This document shows, in pieces, positions 62,518-64,000 of a DNA stretch of 64,000 nt. The notes under the pieces are model-generated. The model worked only from the letters and a program-made list of their open reading frames with translations. It ran no database searches and was not told the DNA's origin. The stretch covers positions 26,908,001 through 26,972,000 of the forward strand of contig OZ024758.1 of the NCBI GenBank assembly GCA_964016885.1, given 5' to 3'. Both the position numbers and the translations under genes were made by a program. The DNA is from Eledone cirrhosa. Its lineage: Eukaryota. The first letter of the stretch is position 1, and every line of letters starts with the position of its first letter.

Positions 62518-62609
62518 GGTGTCTCACAAAATGTATACGCACTTCAACAGCATTCTAATAAATATTGTGTTAATACGGCACCCTACGACTCTATCAGAAG
62601 TTATGGGAC

Positions 62610-62652
<43 letters not shown>

Positions 62653-62655
<3 letters not shown>

Positions 62656-62831
62656 GGAAAAGGTTCAGGACTCCAACGGCAGAGCTCAAGCCGTTTCCAG
62701 AAATAGCCGTCGAAACGGCTTGACCCCCGTCGGGATCCTGAACCTTTTCCTATTACCCACTCTACTACCCTAAGTATTGAGTACTCTGGTGCGTTATGGT
62801 CCACCTGGTTCCTTACCACACTTCCTTCGTT
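62653..62831. mobile_element. Fold-back element family E, copy 1
   Basis: Imperfect inverted arms ataggaaaaggttcagga...tcaagccgtttc / gaaacggcttga...tcctgaaccttttcctat plus a 78-nt extension; flanked by (TA)n. Confidence 0.75.
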
Positions 62832-62844
62832 TTATATATATATG

Positions 62845-62969
<125 letters not shown>

Positions 62970-63013
62970 AAGTTAAATAAAAGTCAAATGATTAAAATTT
63001 AGCTTCGTTTATT

Positions 63014-63068
63014 ACTGCTATATATATTTCAGTGACAGCCATCTTTGGCTGTGACCTCTTCAGGCAGT
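63014..63068 (-). ncRNA. Type I hammerhead ribozyme motif (family B)
   Basis: Same sequence as 19782-19836. Confidence 0.8.
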
Positions 63069-63251
63069 TTGAATTAGTATGGTATAGACAAGTACATATG
63101 TTGTTTAGGTGTATGATATTGTCAATACTCTGGTTAATGACTCCAGTTCCCCAGTGAATTAACAACCCAGCAAGGAACTGGGCATATCAGAGTATTGACA
63201 ATATCATACACCTAAACAACATATGTACTTGTCTATACCATACTAATTCAA

Positions 63252-63306
63252 ACTGCCTGAAGAGGTCACAGCCAAAGATGGCTGTCACTGAAATATATAT
63301 AGCAGT
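63252..63306 (+). ncRNA. Type I hammerhead ribozyme motif (family B)
   Basis: actgc CTGAAGA ggtcacagccaaagatggctgtcact GAAA tatatata gcagt. Confidence 0.8.
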
Positions 63307-63452
63307 AATAAACGAAGCTAAATTTTAATCATTTGACTTTTATTTAACTTTATTTTACACTACTCCGGAGTAATCAAACCAACCTGCGCACTTCGTCGAG
63401 TGCTCCAGCCTGCATACTGAGGTGTTGGTATACAACCAACATAAACTCAAAA

Positions 63453-63489
<37 letters not shown>

Positions 63490-63491
<2 letters not shown>

Positions 63492-63657
63492 CGAAGGAAA
63501 TGTGGTAAGGAACCAGGTGGACCATAACGCACCAAAGTACTCAATACTTAGGGTAGTAGAGTGGGTAATAGGAGCTCAAGCCGTTTCGACGGCTAATTCT
63601 CAGAATTAGCCGTCGAAACGGCTTGAGCTCAGCCGTCGGGGTCTTACTGGTTCCTAT
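63490..63657. mobile_element. Fold-back element family E, copy 2
   Basis: Reverse copy of the 78-nt extension, then perfect 29-bp inverted arms 63572-63600 and 63602-63630; GAAA-cggct-tgagctc-agccg-TC forms a hammerhead stem III with GUC. Confidence 0.75.
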
Positions 63658-63665
63658 ATATATAT

Positions 63666-63751
<86 letters not shown>

Positions 63752-64000
63752 CAGCAGTGACATAAACAGGTACTTAAGTATCGTTGGGTTCTGGGCCCCA
63801 ACTCATTCAGACTGTTATAAGAAAAAGAGAAATAAAGATGGCCGCCTAAGGTTGATTGTGTTTCGTTTTAGGAATCATTGATCTTAAGTTTCAGTTCCCT
63901 CGTCATATTTCACCTTGCTTTCACCTTCCGCTATTAACAAAATTGTATTTTTTATTTTTATCGCTATATCTTGACATTCTGATATAAGTTATGATCGGAA

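Overview
Repeat-dominated, AT-rich animal DNA; the SINE and microsatellite content suggests an octopod cephalopod (inference only). No host protein-coding gene can be called. Almost all ORFs in the supplied track are read-throughs of microsatellites, minisatellites or SINEs. Real coding remnants are a 5'-truncated, frameshifted Penelope-like element (PLE; RT + C-terminal GIY-YIG, 56657-58139, minus) and several RTE-clade LINE fragments. The window also holds three tRNA-headed SINE families, TTAA-flanked piggyBac-type MITEs, Tc1/mariner/pogo-type MITEs, a non-autonomous Helitron and six tandem arrays, three of which grew out of SINE segments (including a 10.3-kb G-rich 32-mer array). The main hidden signal, found by eye on both strands, is a set of about six short non-coding element families embedded in (TA)n tracts. 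They carry type I hammerhead ribozyme motifs: about 11 with a complete CUGANGA/GAAA core, plus degenerate and half motifs, mostly with a minimal palindromic stem III. Most share one architecture: head-to-head inverted arms, with one arm ending at a fixed point and the other running 60-100 nt further. One family occurs as ORF-less 401-482 bp tandem units (retrozyme-like); another is the 3' end of the PLE itself. All structures were folded manually and need computational and experimental confirmation.
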